Positions 48,301 through 56,830 of a stretch of DNA of 64,000 nt are shown in pieces (the first letter of the stretch is position 1; every line of letters starts with the position of its first letter). The DNA is from Vulcanimicrobiota bacterium (lineage in GTDB: Bacteria; Vulcanimicrobiota; Vulcanimicrobiia; Vulcanimicrobiales; Vulcanimicrobiaceae), in assembly GCA_963695225.1 (NCBI GenBank), contig OY968762.1:1344001-1408000 (forward strand), written 5' to 3'. The notes below the pieces were generated by a model. It had not been told where the DNA came from. It did no database searches and saw nothing but the letters and a program-made list of their open reading frames with translations. A program made the translations under genes and the position numbers.

Positions 48301-48778
48301 GAAGCACGCGAACACGTACGGCGACGTCAGCATCCTGCCCACCGAAGTCTTCTTCTACGGCATGACCGCGGCGCAGGAGATCTCGCTCGAGATCGAGCGC
48401 GGGAAGACGCTGATCGTGCGCTACATCGCGACGAGCGAACCGGACGGGGAAGGGCGCCGGAAGGTCTTCTTCGAGCTCAACGGGCAGCCGCGCACCGTGA
48501 CCGTCGACGATCGCAAGCTCGGCGACCGGCGCATCGTCCGTCACAAGGCGGACGCCGCGAATCCGGCGCACGTCGGCGCCCCGATGCCGGGGCTCGTCGT
48601 GCGCCTCTCCGTCGAGGAGGGCCAAGCGGTCGAGGCCGGCACGGCGCTCCTGACGATCGAAGCGATGAAGATGCAGACCGTGCTCTACGCGGAGCGGCGC
48701 GGAGTCGTGCGCTCGATCCTCACGGCGCCCGGGACGCACATCGAAGCGCAGGACCTGCTGATCGTCATGGGCGGTTAG
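45317..48778 (+). CDS. pyc: Pyruvate carboxylase
   Basis: LVANRGEIAIR, RDCSIQRRNQK, DTTFRDAHQSLLATR, IKDMAG, HFHTHDT, HEMPGGQYTNL, biotin site EAMKM. Confidence 0.98.
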   Translation: MFSSVVPRPVRRLLVANRGEIAIRIFRAATELGIATVAIYSHEDRFALHRFKADESYLVGTGKGPVQAYLDTADILRVAREAHVDAIHPGYGFNSENPAFAEACAAAGIAFVGPSPDVMRRLGGKVEAREIARSVGVPTLPATGALPADPEGVVAAAEAIGLPVMLKASWGGGGRGMRMIEDPAELVRSVEAGRSEALAAFGNGEVYLEKFLRRAQHIEVQVLGDLHGNVVHLFERDCSIQRRNQKVVEQAPAPFISPELRAGLCEAAVTLVRSVGYSSAGTAEFLVDAETGAFYFIEVNPRIQVEHTVTEVVTGVDLIKAQIRIAEGARIGDAESGVPPQGEIVTEGFAMQCRVTTENPERGFAPDYGAITAYRPAAGFGIRLDGATAYSGAVITPYYDSLLEKVTAWAPTREETRMRMLRALREFRVRGVSTNLSYLEALLSHPRFRSGDYSTRFIDETPELTQFLPSRDRATRLLSFLSEVLVNGNPEVAGRPRVEIVPAPRVPAAHRESGEAGTKQLLERLGPDGFTAWMRAQERTLVTDTTFRDAHQSLLATRFRTKDMLAIAPIYARDLPNLFSLECWGGATFDVAMRFLKEDPWARLASMREAVPNILLQMLLRGANAVGYKNYPDNVVRHFIAQAADAGVDLFRVFDSLNWIENMRVSIDAIRESGKLCEAAICYSGDIDDPKRPKYNLRYYVELAKELEKAGAQILGIKDMAGVCRPYAARQLIAALREEIGIPIHFHTHDTSGNAGASVLAAVEAGCDAVDGALDSMSGFTSQPNLGSIVAALEHTRHSTQLDRAALTRISTYWGEVRKQYAAFESELRSGSSDVYVHEMPGGQYTNLQEQAKALGIADRWPEVVTTYHDVSMAFGDIVKVTPTSKVVGDMSLYMLTSGITVADVLDPKKDVSFPASVVELFAGELGQTPGGFPEALQRKVLRGRKPLVGRPGETLPPANLEAERAAVEKATERKPNERDLASYLMYPDVYVTYAKHANTYGDVSILPTEVFFYGMTAAQEISLEIERGKTLIVRYIATSEPDGEGRRKVFFELNGQPRTVTVDDRKLGDRRIVRHKADAANPAHVGAPMPGLVVRLSVEEGQAVEAGTALLTIEAMKMQTVLYAERRGVVRSILTAPGTHIEAQDLLIVMGG

Positions 48779-50751
48779 CGCGCGCCGTCGATCGCCTCCA
48801 GCGCGCTCGGGTTCTCGAGCGCCGAGAGGTCGCCGAGTTCCCGCACGTTGAGGTAGCGCCCGCGCGCGACGCGCCGCATCACCTTCTGGTTGCGCGTCTT
48901 GGGCAGCTCGTCGACGAATAGGATCGCCTTCGGGCGCAGCGACTTTCCCATCGTCGCGTCGATCGTTCCCATCAGGCGCTTGCGCAGCGCCTCGCTCTCT
49001 AGTTCGCGCGAGCGCGCGACGACGAGGCAGACGACGACGTCGCCTTTGATCTCGTCCGGCACCGCGATCGCGGCGGCCTCGGTCACGTCCGGATCGGAGA
49101 CGAGCGCGCTCTCGAACTCGGCGGGGCCGACGCGTTTGCCGGCGACGTTGATCGTGTCGTCGCTGCGGCCGCGGATGTACCAATAGTCGCGCCCGTCGCG
49201 CGTTTCGATCTGGGCCCAATCGCCGTGCACCCAGATGCCCTCGAAGCGCTCCCAATACGTCGCGAGGAAGCGCGCGTCGTCGCGCGTTTCGGGCGTGTCC
49301 CAGAAGCTTTGCGTCATGCCGACGAAGGGCTCGCGGACGACGAGTTCGCCGACGTCGCCGCGGACGGGCTTCCCTTCCGTGTCGAAGACGTCGGCGACCA
49401 TTCCCGGGCACGGACCGTGGAAGCAGTTTGGGACGAGCGGGAGCGTCGGCAGCGTGCCGAGGATCCCGCCCCCGATCTCCGTCCCGCCGGAATAGTTGAT
49501 GATCGGGCTGCGCCCCCCGCCGACGACGTCGAGGAACCAGGCGTAGGGCTCCGTGTTCCACGGCTCGCCGGAGCTCGCGAGGATGCGCAGCGACGAGAGA
49601 TCGTGCTTGCGCGGATGCTCGTCGCCGTGCGACATCAGCGAACGGATCGCGGTCGGCGCAATTCCCAAATGCGTGACGCGATGCCGCGCGCAGACGTCCC
49701 AGAGTCGGTCCGGCGCCGGGTAGTCGGGCGTCCCGTCGTAGAGCACGATCGCGGCCCCGAGGCCGAGCGATCCGAGGACGAGGAACGGCCCCATCATCCA
49801 ACCCATGTCGGTGAACCAGAGCATCCGCTCGCCGGGGCGCACGTCCATGCACAGGTGCTGGTCGAACATCACTTTCAGCGGGAAGCCGCCGTGCACGTGC
49901 AAGGCGCCCTTCGGCTTTCCCGTGCTTCCCGAAGTGTAGAGCAGCATGAACGGATCGTTCGCGGAGGTGCGCTCGTACTCGCACGCGTTCGATTGCCCGT
50001 GCACGAGGTCGCGCCAATCGAGATCGCGGCCGCTCTCCATCGGGACTTCGCGGCCGCCGCGGCGCAGGACGACGACGCGCTCGATCGTCGGCGCGAGCGC
50101 GAGCGCGCGATCGACGGTCGATTTCATATCGACGGGCTTCCCGCGCCGCGACGACGAGTCGGCCGTCAACAGCACCTTCGCGCGCGCGTCGGCGAGGCGC
50201 GCGGCCAGCGCTTGCTCTCCGTATCCCGAGAACGCCGGGACCGCGATCGCGCCGACGTAGCCGATCGCCAGCAGCCCGATCGCCGCCTCCGGAACCAGCG
50301 GCATGAAGATCCCGACGCGATCGCCTTTGACGACGCCGAGCGAGCGCAGCGCGTTCGCGAGGCGCCCGACTTCGTCGCGCAGCTCGCCGAACGTGAACCG
50401 GCGCACGACCCCGTCTTCACCCTCGGCGACGAGCGCCTCGTCGTGCGCCCGCCCGAGCGCGATGTGCCGGTCGAGACAGTTCGCGGGCGCGTTGAGCAAG
50501 CCGCCGGCGAACCATTTCGCGAACGGCTTCCCGCGCGAGAGATCCAGCAACTCGTCGTACGGCCGGTCCCAATGAAGGCCCAGCGCGGCGACGATCTCGC
50601 GGTGGAACGGGCGGACGTCGGCTGCGGTCGCCGCCAACAACTCCGCATAGTCCCTCACGCCCAGGCGCGGGAGAAACGCCGTGATGTTCGCCCGGGCGAT
50701 CGCATCGTCGCCGGGCTGCCAGATCGCTTTGGGTCCCGCTGTACTCGCCAT
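48775..50751 (-). CDS. Acetyl-CoA synthetase-like AMP-forming acyl-CoA synthetase
   Basis: KWFAGGLLN, LYTSGSTGKPKG, SGEPWN, YSGGTE, GRSDD, LPKTRNQKVMRR. Confidence 0.9.
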   Translation of the reverse strand: MASTAGPKAIWQPGDDAIARANITAFLPRLGVRDYAELLAATAADVRPFHREIVAALGLHWDRPYDELLDLSRGKPFAKWFAGGLLNAPANCLDRHIALGRAHDEALVAEGEDGVVRRFTFGELRDEVGRLANALRSLGVVKGDRVGIFMPLVPEAAIGLLAIGYVGAIAVPAFSGYGEQALAARLADARAKVLLTADSSSRRGKPVDMKSTVDRALALAPTIERVVVLRRGGREVPMESGRDLDWRDLVHGQSNACEYERTSANDPFMLLYTSGSTGKPKGALHVHGGFPLKVMFDQHLCMDVRPGERMLWFTDMGWMMGPFLVLGSLGLGAAIVLYDGTPDYPAPDRLWDVCARHRVTHLGIAPTAIRSLMSHGDEHPRKHDLSSLRILASSGEPWNTEPYAWFLDVVGGGRSPIINYSGGTEIGGGILGTLPTLPLVPNCFHGPCPGMVADVFDTEGKPVRGDVGELVVREPFVGMTQSFWDTPETRDDARFLATYWERFEGIWVHGDWAQIETRDGRDYWYIRGRSDDTINVAGKRVGPAEFESALVSDPDVTEAAAIAVPDEIKGDVVVCLVVARSRELESEALRKRLMGTIDATMGKSLRPKAILFVDELPKTRNQKVMRRVARGRYLNVRELGDLSALENPSALEAIDGAR

Positions 50752-50919
50752 GCGCGGCCATTCGCCTCGCGCCCCGCCGTCCTTTCTCGCAACCCGCCGG
50801 TGCGCGGCCGGGACTATCGCCTGGGCGGAACGAATCAGCCTCGCGCCTCGTTCAGAGGTCAAGGTGACGGCGCGTGATAACGCGTCGCCGCACTTTTCAT
50901 TGGAAAGGAGGATGCACGC

Positions 50920-51159
50920 ATGAACAAGTTCCTCGCAGCCCTCGTTGCCGCCGCGTTCCTCGCTACCGGCTCGGCGATGGCCGACACCACGAAGACGACC
51001 AAGAAGGTCGTCGCCGTTAAAGCCACCCCGACTCCGGCGGCGAAAACCACCAAGAAGGCCGCCGCCGTCAAAGCCACCCCGACTCCGGCGGCGAAAACCA
51101 CCAAGAAGACCGCCGTCAAGCCGGCCAAGGCCGCTCCGACCAAAGCCCCCAAGAAGTAG
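50920..51159 (+). CDS. Small secreted Lys/Ala/Thr-rich repeat protein (Asr-like)
   Basis: SD AAAGGAGG, signal peptide ending SAMA, mature part with repeated VKATPTPAAKTTKK. Confidence 0.85.
   Translation: MNKFLAALVAAAFLATGSAMADTTKTTKKVVAVKATPTPAAKTTKKAAAVKATPTPAAKTTKKTAVKPAKAAPTKAPKK
51019..51108 (+). repeat. Exact 39-bp direct repeat with 51-bp period inside the Asr-like gene
   Basis: AAAGCCACCCCGACTCCGGCGGCGAAAACCACCAAGAAG at 51019-51057 and 51070-51108. Confidence 0.9.
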
Positions 51160-51182
51160 CCTTCGCAATCATCCATTCATCA

Positions 51183-51222
51183 AGCGGCGCGATCGTGAAT
51201 CGATCGCGCCGCTCGTCCTTTT
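51183..51222. terminator. Intrinsic terminator between convergent genes
   Basis: Perfect 13-bp stem AGCGGCGCGATCG-TGAAT-CGATCGCGCCGCT, then CGTCCTTTT. Confidence 0.75.
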
Positions 51223-51232
51223 CACGGCAGGC

Positions 51233-51874
51233 TCATTTCACGAGCATCCGGCAAGCGTGGCGCCACTTTCCCGTCGCGACACCGTACAGCACCCAAATGA
51301 CGACCAGCGGCTCGAGATAGCGCGCGATTTCGAGCGGACCGAGGTCGGTCACGTTCTGCCAGCCGAACGTCCGCGCGACCTCCGCCACCTCGGCCTTCGC
51401 GGCCGGGTCGTCGCCGCACAGGAAGAAATCGGGAGGCCCGTCCGCATACTGGGGCTGGACCATGTCGTGGTAGTTGATCGTGTTGAAGGCCTTGACGACG
51501 CGCGCGTGCGGAAGCGCGCGCTGCACCCACTCGCCGAGCGAGTCCTTCCCGCTGACGAAGAGTCCCGGCGGGGCGTTCTCGGTCAGGACGAGCGGGTTCG
51601 TGACGTCGATGACGACCTTGCCGGCGAAGCGTTCCGCTCCGGCGTGGGCGATCGCGGCGAGCGTCGCCGCGCCGTTCGTCGCCACGACGACGAGTTCGCC
51701 GAATCCCGCGGCGTCGGCGAAGCTTCCGATCGAGGCTGCCGTCCCGGCATCCGACTTCCAAGCGACGAGTTTCGCGGGATCGCGCGTCCCGAGCATCACG
51801 GAGTCCCCGCGGCCGAGAAAGCCCGCCGCGAGCGCCCGCGCTACGTCCCCGCTCCCGAGAATGCCAATCTTCAT
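51233..51874 (-). CDS. NADPH-dependent F420 reductase-like (F420_oxidored) oxidoreductase
   Basis: KIGILGSGDVA, KVVIDVTNP, VVKAFNT, CGDDPAAK, DLGPLEIARYLE. Confidence 0.9.
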   Translation of the reverse strand: MKIGILGSGDVARALAAGFLGRGDSVMLGTRDPAKLVAWKSDAGTAASIGSFADAAGFGELVVVATNGAATLAAIAHAGAERFAGKVVIDVTNPLVLTENAPPGLFVSGKDSLGEWVQRALPHARVVKAFNTINYHDMVQPQYADGPPDFFLCGDDPAAKAEVAEVARTFGWQNVTDLGPLEIARYLEPLVVIWVLYGVATGKWRHACRMLVK

Positions 51875-51947
51875 ACTTGGTTCCTCCGCCCAATAAAGGC
51901 CGAACGTCCGCATCGCGTTGAAATCCGCGAGCGTGAGCGACGACCAT

Positions 51948-52442
51948 ATGGACCGCGAACCGAACCCCATCGTTGCACTCGCGCAGCGCCTGCGGGCGCG
52001 GCAAGATATCGAGCGGGCGATCGATTCCGCGACGCCCGCGGTCGAGCCGCGCACGAGCGACGTGCGCTCGCAGCTCGATGCCTTCGCGCTCGCGCTCGCG
52101 GTCGGCGTCAAGCGCCTCAACTCGATCCTCGGGAAGGGCGGCGTCACGTTCGTGCGCCTAGAGAAACCCTTACGCGTGCGCCTGCGCTTTCGCGAAAAGC
52201 GCGTCAGCCTCGATCTCGATGAGGCGCGCCAGCTCGTGATCGTAGCGGGAGGCGGCGTCGGCGGCGAGTATCAGTTCGATCCCAGTGCCGACCCGCCGGC
52301 GCTGATCAACCTCTCGCAGCTCTCGACGGAGCCGGGCTACGGGGTTGCGCTCACCCCGAACCTGCTCCTCAAGAAGGTCGCCGAGGACGCCGAACTCCCG
52401 CGGCCCGCGGGGCTGGACGGGCTGGGGCCGCTGCAGTTCTAG
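51948..52442 (+). CDS. Hypothetical protein
   Basis: Globular-looking ORF with genome-typical codons filling the gap; no family recognised; start uncertain (51918-51948). Confidence 0.65.
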   Translation: MDREPNPIVALAQRLRARQDIERAIDSATPAVEPRTSDVRSQLDAFALALAVGVKRLNSILGKGGVTFVRLEKPLRVRLRFREKRVSLDLDEARQLVIVAGGGVGGEYQFDPSADPPALINLSQLSTEPGYGVALTPNLLLKKVAEDAELPRPAGLDGLGPLQF

Positions 52443-53142
52443 CGGCTTCCCTCGAAGCCGCGCGGCGGGCGGCGAGCGCCCGCGCGACGAGCGGCGCGCT
52501 CGGGCAGAGCTCGCGGACGGGACACTCGGAGCACAGCGGCGTGGGCGCCTTGCAGACCGCCCGGCCGTGCAAGATCAGCCAGTGATGCGCGTGGCGCAGC
52601 TTCTCGCTCGGAACGAGTTTGACGACGTCGTCCTCGACGCCGCGGGGTGTCGTCGCGAGCGTGAGCCCGAGCCGGTGCGCTACCCGGAACACGTGCGTGT
52701 CGACGGCGAAAGCCGCTTCTTCGAACGCGACGGAGAGCACGACGTTCGCGGTCTTACGGCCGACCCCGGGAAGCGCTTCCAGCGCCTCTCGCGCGCGCGG
52801 GACTTCGCCGCCGTGCCGTTCGACGAGCGCGCGCGCGGCGTTGACGATGTTCTTTGCCTTCATGCGAAAGAAACCGGTCGACTTGATGAGGCCTTCGACG
52901 TCCGAGAGATCCGCGGCCGCGAGCGCCTGCGGCGTGGGATATTTCGCAAACAGGAACGGCGTCGTGAGATTGACGCGCGCGTCCGTGCATTGGGCGCTGA
53001 GGATCACAGCGATCAAGAGCGTGAACGGCGAATCGTATTCGAGCGCCGTCACCGCCTGCGGATATGCGCGTTCGAGCGCCGCGAGTTGTTGCGCCGCGAC
53101 GGCGCGCGACACTTTCTTCTTTGGAAACGGGATCGGCTCCAC
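52369..53142 (-). CDS. nth: Endonuclease III
   Basis: LSAQCTD, HhH LPGVGRKTANVVL, VDTHVFRV, 4Fe-4S CKAPTPLCSECPVRELC. Confidence 0.96.
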   Translation of the reverse strand: MEPIPFPKKKVSRAVAAQQLAALERAYPQAVTALEYDSPFTLLIAVILSAQCTDARVNLTTPFLFAKYPTPQALAAADLSDVEGLIKSTGFFRMKAKNIVNAARALVERHGGEVPRAREALEALPGVGRKTANVVLSVAFEEAAFAVDTHVFRVAHRLGLTLATTPRGVEDDVVKLVPSEKLRHAHHWLILHGRAVCKAPTPLCSECPVRELCPSAPLVARALAARRAASREAARTAAAPARPAPRAAGVRRPRRPS

Positions 53143-53288
53143 GAGACAACCTCACTTCTTCTCCGGCCGCGCTCCGTTCGGAGTGCGGGCTCGTAATTCC
53201 AGCCGCGCGAGCGGCGCCCCAAGGCGCACCGGGCCCCATCGTCGTAGCACTGCATGACCCGCCTTCATCCTGCAAAGGACAGCATTCC

Positions 53289-54239
53289 GTGCGCCGATCG
53301 CTCATTAGGATTGCGGCCGCTTTCTGCGCCGCCGCTCTGCTCGCTCCGGCCGCCCTCTCCGTCCCCGCCCGGGCGGCGGGCAACCCGCCCATCGCCGTCA
53401 TGAACTTCAGCACGAAAGGGCTCACCTCGGATTGGTGGGGCAACTTCGAGCCGGGGATCGCGATCTCCGACCTGCTCTCCGACCAGCTCGTGAACAGCGG
53501 CAAGTTCCGCGTCGTCGACCGCAAGAACCTCGACGCGACGCTCTCCGAGCATAACTTGGCAAAGGCGGGCGAGATCTCGCCCGCTACCGCCATCCAAAGC
53601 GGGCGCCTCACCGGCGCGCGCTACCTCGTCTCGGGAAACGTCCTGCAATTCGATAAGACCGGCAGCAGCGGCGCCAACGTCGGCGGCTTCATCGGCGGCT
53701 TTGCGGGGGCGGCGGTCGGCTCGGTCCGCTCCGACCGCGTGACGCTGCGGGTCGCGGTGCGCGTCGTCGATGCGCTGAGCGGCGAGATCGTGCAATCGAT
53801 CTCGGACGAGCAGACGAAGAATGCCGTCTCCCTCGGCGGCGGCGGCTACTCGGGCTGGACCGCGGGCTCGTATTCGAACTCATCGTTCACGAGCTCGGCG
53901 ATGGGCCAGCTCATCAACTCCGTCGCGCAGGATATCGCCTCGAAGATCGACCCGGCGAAGTTCGCGAGCGAGCCGGCCGCCCCGGCGCTGACCGGGCGCA
54001 TCCTCGCGGTCGACGGGAACGACGTGACCTTGAACATCGGCTCCGCGAAGGGCGTCGCCGTCGGCCAGTTCTTCGACGTCGTGAAGGTCCGTCAATTCAA
54101 GGATCCCGATACCGGGAAGATCCTGACCTCGAAGCTCCCGATCGCCAAGATCCAGATCACCTCCGTCAGCGACGACACGAGCGTCGGGACGAAGGTCTCC
54201 GGAACCCCGGTCGCGGGCGCCAGCGTCAGCTCGGAATAG
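53289..54239 (+). CDS. CsgG/HfaB-like envelope protein with C-terminal FlgT-like beta domain
   Basis: Signal peptide, IAVMNF, LVNSGKFRVVDR, GARYLVSGNV, VRVVDALSGEI; tail VTLNIGSAKGVAVGQFFDV. Confidence 0.75.
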   Translation: MRRSLIRIAAAFCAAALLAPAALSVPARAAGNPPIAVMNFSTKGLTSDWWGNFEPGIAISDLLSDQLVNSGKFRVVDRKNLDATLSEHNLAKAGEISPATAIQSGRLTGARYLVSGNVLQFDKTGSSGANVGGFIGGFAGAAVGSVRSDRVTLRVAVRVVDALSGEIVQSISDEQTKNAVSLGGGGYSGWTAGSYSNSSFTSSAMGQLINSVAQDIASKIDPAKFASEPAAPALTGRILAVDGNDVTLNIGSAKGVAVGQFFDVVKVRQFKDPDTGKILTSKLPIAKIQITSVSDDTSVGTKVSGTPVAGASVSSE

Positions 54240-55164
54240 CGCCCGGGCCTGCGGCCAAACGCACGTCCTCGCCGCAACGGACGACGAGGCCGTCGCGGAC
54301 GAGGCCGTCCACGATGCCGCGGAACTCGCCGGGCGCACGTCCGGCGAGCTCCGGTATTTCGCGGTCGAGCGCGAGGAGCGAGATGCCCTCCCCCGCCCCG
54401 AGCGCCCGGAGCCGGTCGACCAAGCGCCCGCGCGCATAGCGCCGCGTCCGCTCGAAGGGGACCCGTTCCCCCGGGGAACGCCGGCGGGCATGCCGGCGGG
54501 CGCGCTCCGCGAGCGTCGCCCCGTCGACCGGCGCCGCCGCGCAGCGCTGGCGGAGCGGGCAGGCCGGGCACCGCGGCGCGCGCGCGGTGCAGATCGTCGC
54601 GCCGAGATCCATCAAAGCGCCGTTCCAATCGTGGCCGCGGCCCGGCGCGACGGCCGCCTGCGCCGCTCGCTCGAGTTCGCGCCCGCTCGCGAGGGGCGGC
54701 CATTCCAGCCCAAAGCAGAGGCGGTGAACGACGCGCCGCACGTTCGTATCGACGGCGGCTTCGTCGCAATCGAAGGCGAAGGCGCGGATCGCGCGCGCCG
54801 TGTACGGCCCGATCCCCGGCAGCGCGCGCAGCGCCGCTTCCTCGCGCGGCAGTTCCGTGCCGCCCCGCGCGCAGACCGCCTGCGCCAATGCGTGCAGGCG
54901 CACCGCGCGCGAATTGTAGCCGAGCCCGCGCCAGGCGCGCACGACGTCGGCGCGGGAGGCTGCGGCGAGCGCGCGGAGCGTCGGCCAGGCGGCGACGAAG
55001 CGCTCGAACGGCGGGATCACCCGCTCCACTTGCGTCTGCTGCAGCATGAACTCGCTGACGAGCGTGAGGTACGGGTCGCGCCGGCGCCGCCAAGGGAGCG
55101 AATGCCGGCCGCTCCGCTCGTACCAGTCGAGCAGCGCCGCATTGAGCGCCGCAATGCGTTCCAC
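54226..55164 (-). CDS. mutY: A/G-specific adenine glycosylase (short MutY, HhH-GPD)
   Basis: LPWR, VSEFMLQQT, WRGLGYNSRA, LPGIGPYTA, VDTNVRRV, CTARAPRCPACPLRQRC. Confidence 0.92.
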   Translation of the reverse strand: MERIAALNAALLDWYERSGRHSLPWRRRRDPYLTLVSEFMLQQTQVERVIPPFERFVAAWPTLRALAAASRADVVRAWRGLGYNSRAVRLHALAQAVCARGGTELPREEAALRALPGIGPYTARAIRAFAFDCDEAAVDTNVRRVVHRLCFGLEWPPLASGRELERAAQAAVAPGRGHDWNGALMDLGATICTARAPRCPACPLRQRCAAAPVDGATLAERARRHARRRSPGERVPFERTRRYARGRLVDRLRALGAGEGISLLALDREIPELAGRAPGEFRGIVDGLVRDGLVVRCGEDVRLAAGPGAIPS

Positions 55165-55187
55165 CTCGCCGGGCGCCGCGAAGGCGG

Positions 55188-56693
55188 TCAGGGGACGCGC
55201 AGGACGCCCGCCGGCCGCCCGGCCTGCGGACGCGTGGAATCGGCCGAGAGCGCCTCGCCGATGCGGCGGATCCCCTCGACGAGGGCCGTGCGCGAGACGG
55301 GCGTGATCGCGAGGCGGAACTGATGCTCTCCGCCGCTGGCAGGGTAGAACGCCTCGCCGAAAAGGAACGAGGCTCCGTGCCGCTCGGCCGCCTCCAGCAG
55401 CGCCCGCGCCCGGATCTCGCGCGGCGCCGTCGCCCAAAGGTAATACCCGTCGCCGCCGCGCGCGAGGCGAATCGAGCTCGGCCAATGCTTCTCGACGGCC
55501 GCGTGGGCGAGCTTGCGCCGCACCGCCAACTCCTCGCGCAGGGCGAGGACGTGCTCGTCGTACGCCCCGCTCAGATAATCGCAGACGCCGGCCTGCACGT
55601 ACAAGCTCGAAGCCATGTCGCAGGATTGCTTGCGCAGCAGCAAGCGCTCGTAGATCGTCCGCGGTGCGGCGAGCCAACCCAGGCGTAACGAGGGCGCGAT
55701 CGTCTTCGAGAAGCTGCTCAAGTAAATGACGTCTTCGAGACCGCGAGCGACGAGCGGCGCGATCGGGACGGCGGCGAGTTCGCCGTAAGGGTCGTCCTCG
55801 ACGATCGGGACGCCGGCCCGGCGCGCCAGCGTCACGAGGCGCGAGCGGCGATCCTCGTTCATCGTCGCGCCGGTCGGATTGTGCATCGAGGGCATCGTGT
55901 AGATGAACCGCGGCCTGCGGTTGCGCAGGATCGCCTCGACGTGGTCGACCCGCATCCCCTCCTCGTCGACCGGGACCGGGATCGCACGCAGCCCCGCGAT
56001 CTGGAAGACCTGCAGCGCGCCGGGATACGTCGGCGCTTCGATGATGATCTCGTCGCCCGGCTCGGCGAGCGATTGCGCGACGAGCGCGATTCCTTGCGTA
56101 GAGCCGGTTAACATGAGAATCTCGCTCGACTCGACGCGGCAGCCCCGCCGGCGCATCCGTGCGGCGACCGCCTCGCGGAGCGTCGCGTACCCTTGGCTAT
56201 CCCCGTAGGAGAGGACGAAGTTCTCGTTCCCGCCGACGCGCGCGAACGAATTCGAGAGGTCGGCGAGCGGCGAAGGTTCGACGGGCGGAACGCCCTGGAT
56301 GAAATCGATCCGCCCGCCCGTCCGGACCGCGGCAAGCTCGCCGAGCACGGCCGGAAACTCCCCGACGCGCCACGGCGGGAGCGTGACCCACCAAGGGACG
56401 CCCGAGGCACGTTCCGGCCGGCCGGAACGCAGAGCCGAGGCGACGCGCGAACCGGAGCCCACGCGCTGTTCGATCAGCCCCTCCGCCGCCAGATCGCGGT
56501 AGGCATGGACAATCGTGCTGCGATTCACCGAGAGCTTCTCGGCGAGACTGCGCTCGGGAAGGAGGCGCGTCGACTCGGGGAGCCCCCCGGTCAAGATCGC
56601 TTCGCGCAGCCCTTCGTAGATCTGCCGGTAGAGCGGAACGATGCTGTCCCGATCCAGGACAGGCGAGAAATCGGACCATCCATTTAGCGACAT
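55188..56693 (-). CDS. MocR/GabR-type GntR regulator (wHTH plus PLP aminotransferase domain)
   Basis: PLYRQI..LPERSLAEKLSVNRSTIVHAY; HNPTG, EDDPY, SFSKTIAPSLRLGW. Confidence 0.92.
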   Translation of the reverse strand: MSLNGWSDFSPVLDRDSIVPLYRQIYEGLREAILTGGLPESTRLLPERSLAEKLSVNRSTIVHAYRDLAAEGLIEQRVGSGSRVASALRSGRPERASGVPWWVTLPPWRVGEFPAVLGELAAVRTGGRIDFIQGVPPVEPSPLADLSNSFARVGGNENFVLSYGDSQGYATLREAVAARMRRRGCRVESSEILMLTGSTQGIALVAQSLAEPGDEIIIEAPTYPGALQVFQIAGLRAIPVPVDEEGMRVDHVEAILRNRRPRFIYTMPSMHNPTGATMNEDRRSRLVTLARRAGVPIVEDDPYGELAAVPIAPLVARGLEDVIYLSSFSKTIAPSLRLGWLAAPRTIYERLLLRKQSCDMASSLYVQAGVCDYLSGAYDEHVLALREELAVRRKLAHAAVEKHWPSSIRLARGGDGYYLWATAPREIRARALLEAAERHGASFLFGEAFYPASGGEHQFRLAITPVSRTALVEGIRRIGEALSADSTRPQAGRPAGVLRVP

Positions 56694-56830
56694 TGGCGGG
56701 GCCCATTCTGGTTCGCCCGCGCCTTCTCCCGGTCGCCGGCCGAATCGGAGGGCAGCGAAAATGCAGGCACAACAGCGGGGTTGAATGATGGGAGCGAACG
56801 CGCGCACCTCTGCTGCCGAAGGAGAGTCTC

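Noticed and set aside
56745..56830. Glycine riboswitch upstream of lpdA (GCCGAAGGAG)
   Set aside because: Other conserved aptamer segments are absent and the motif doubles as the SD
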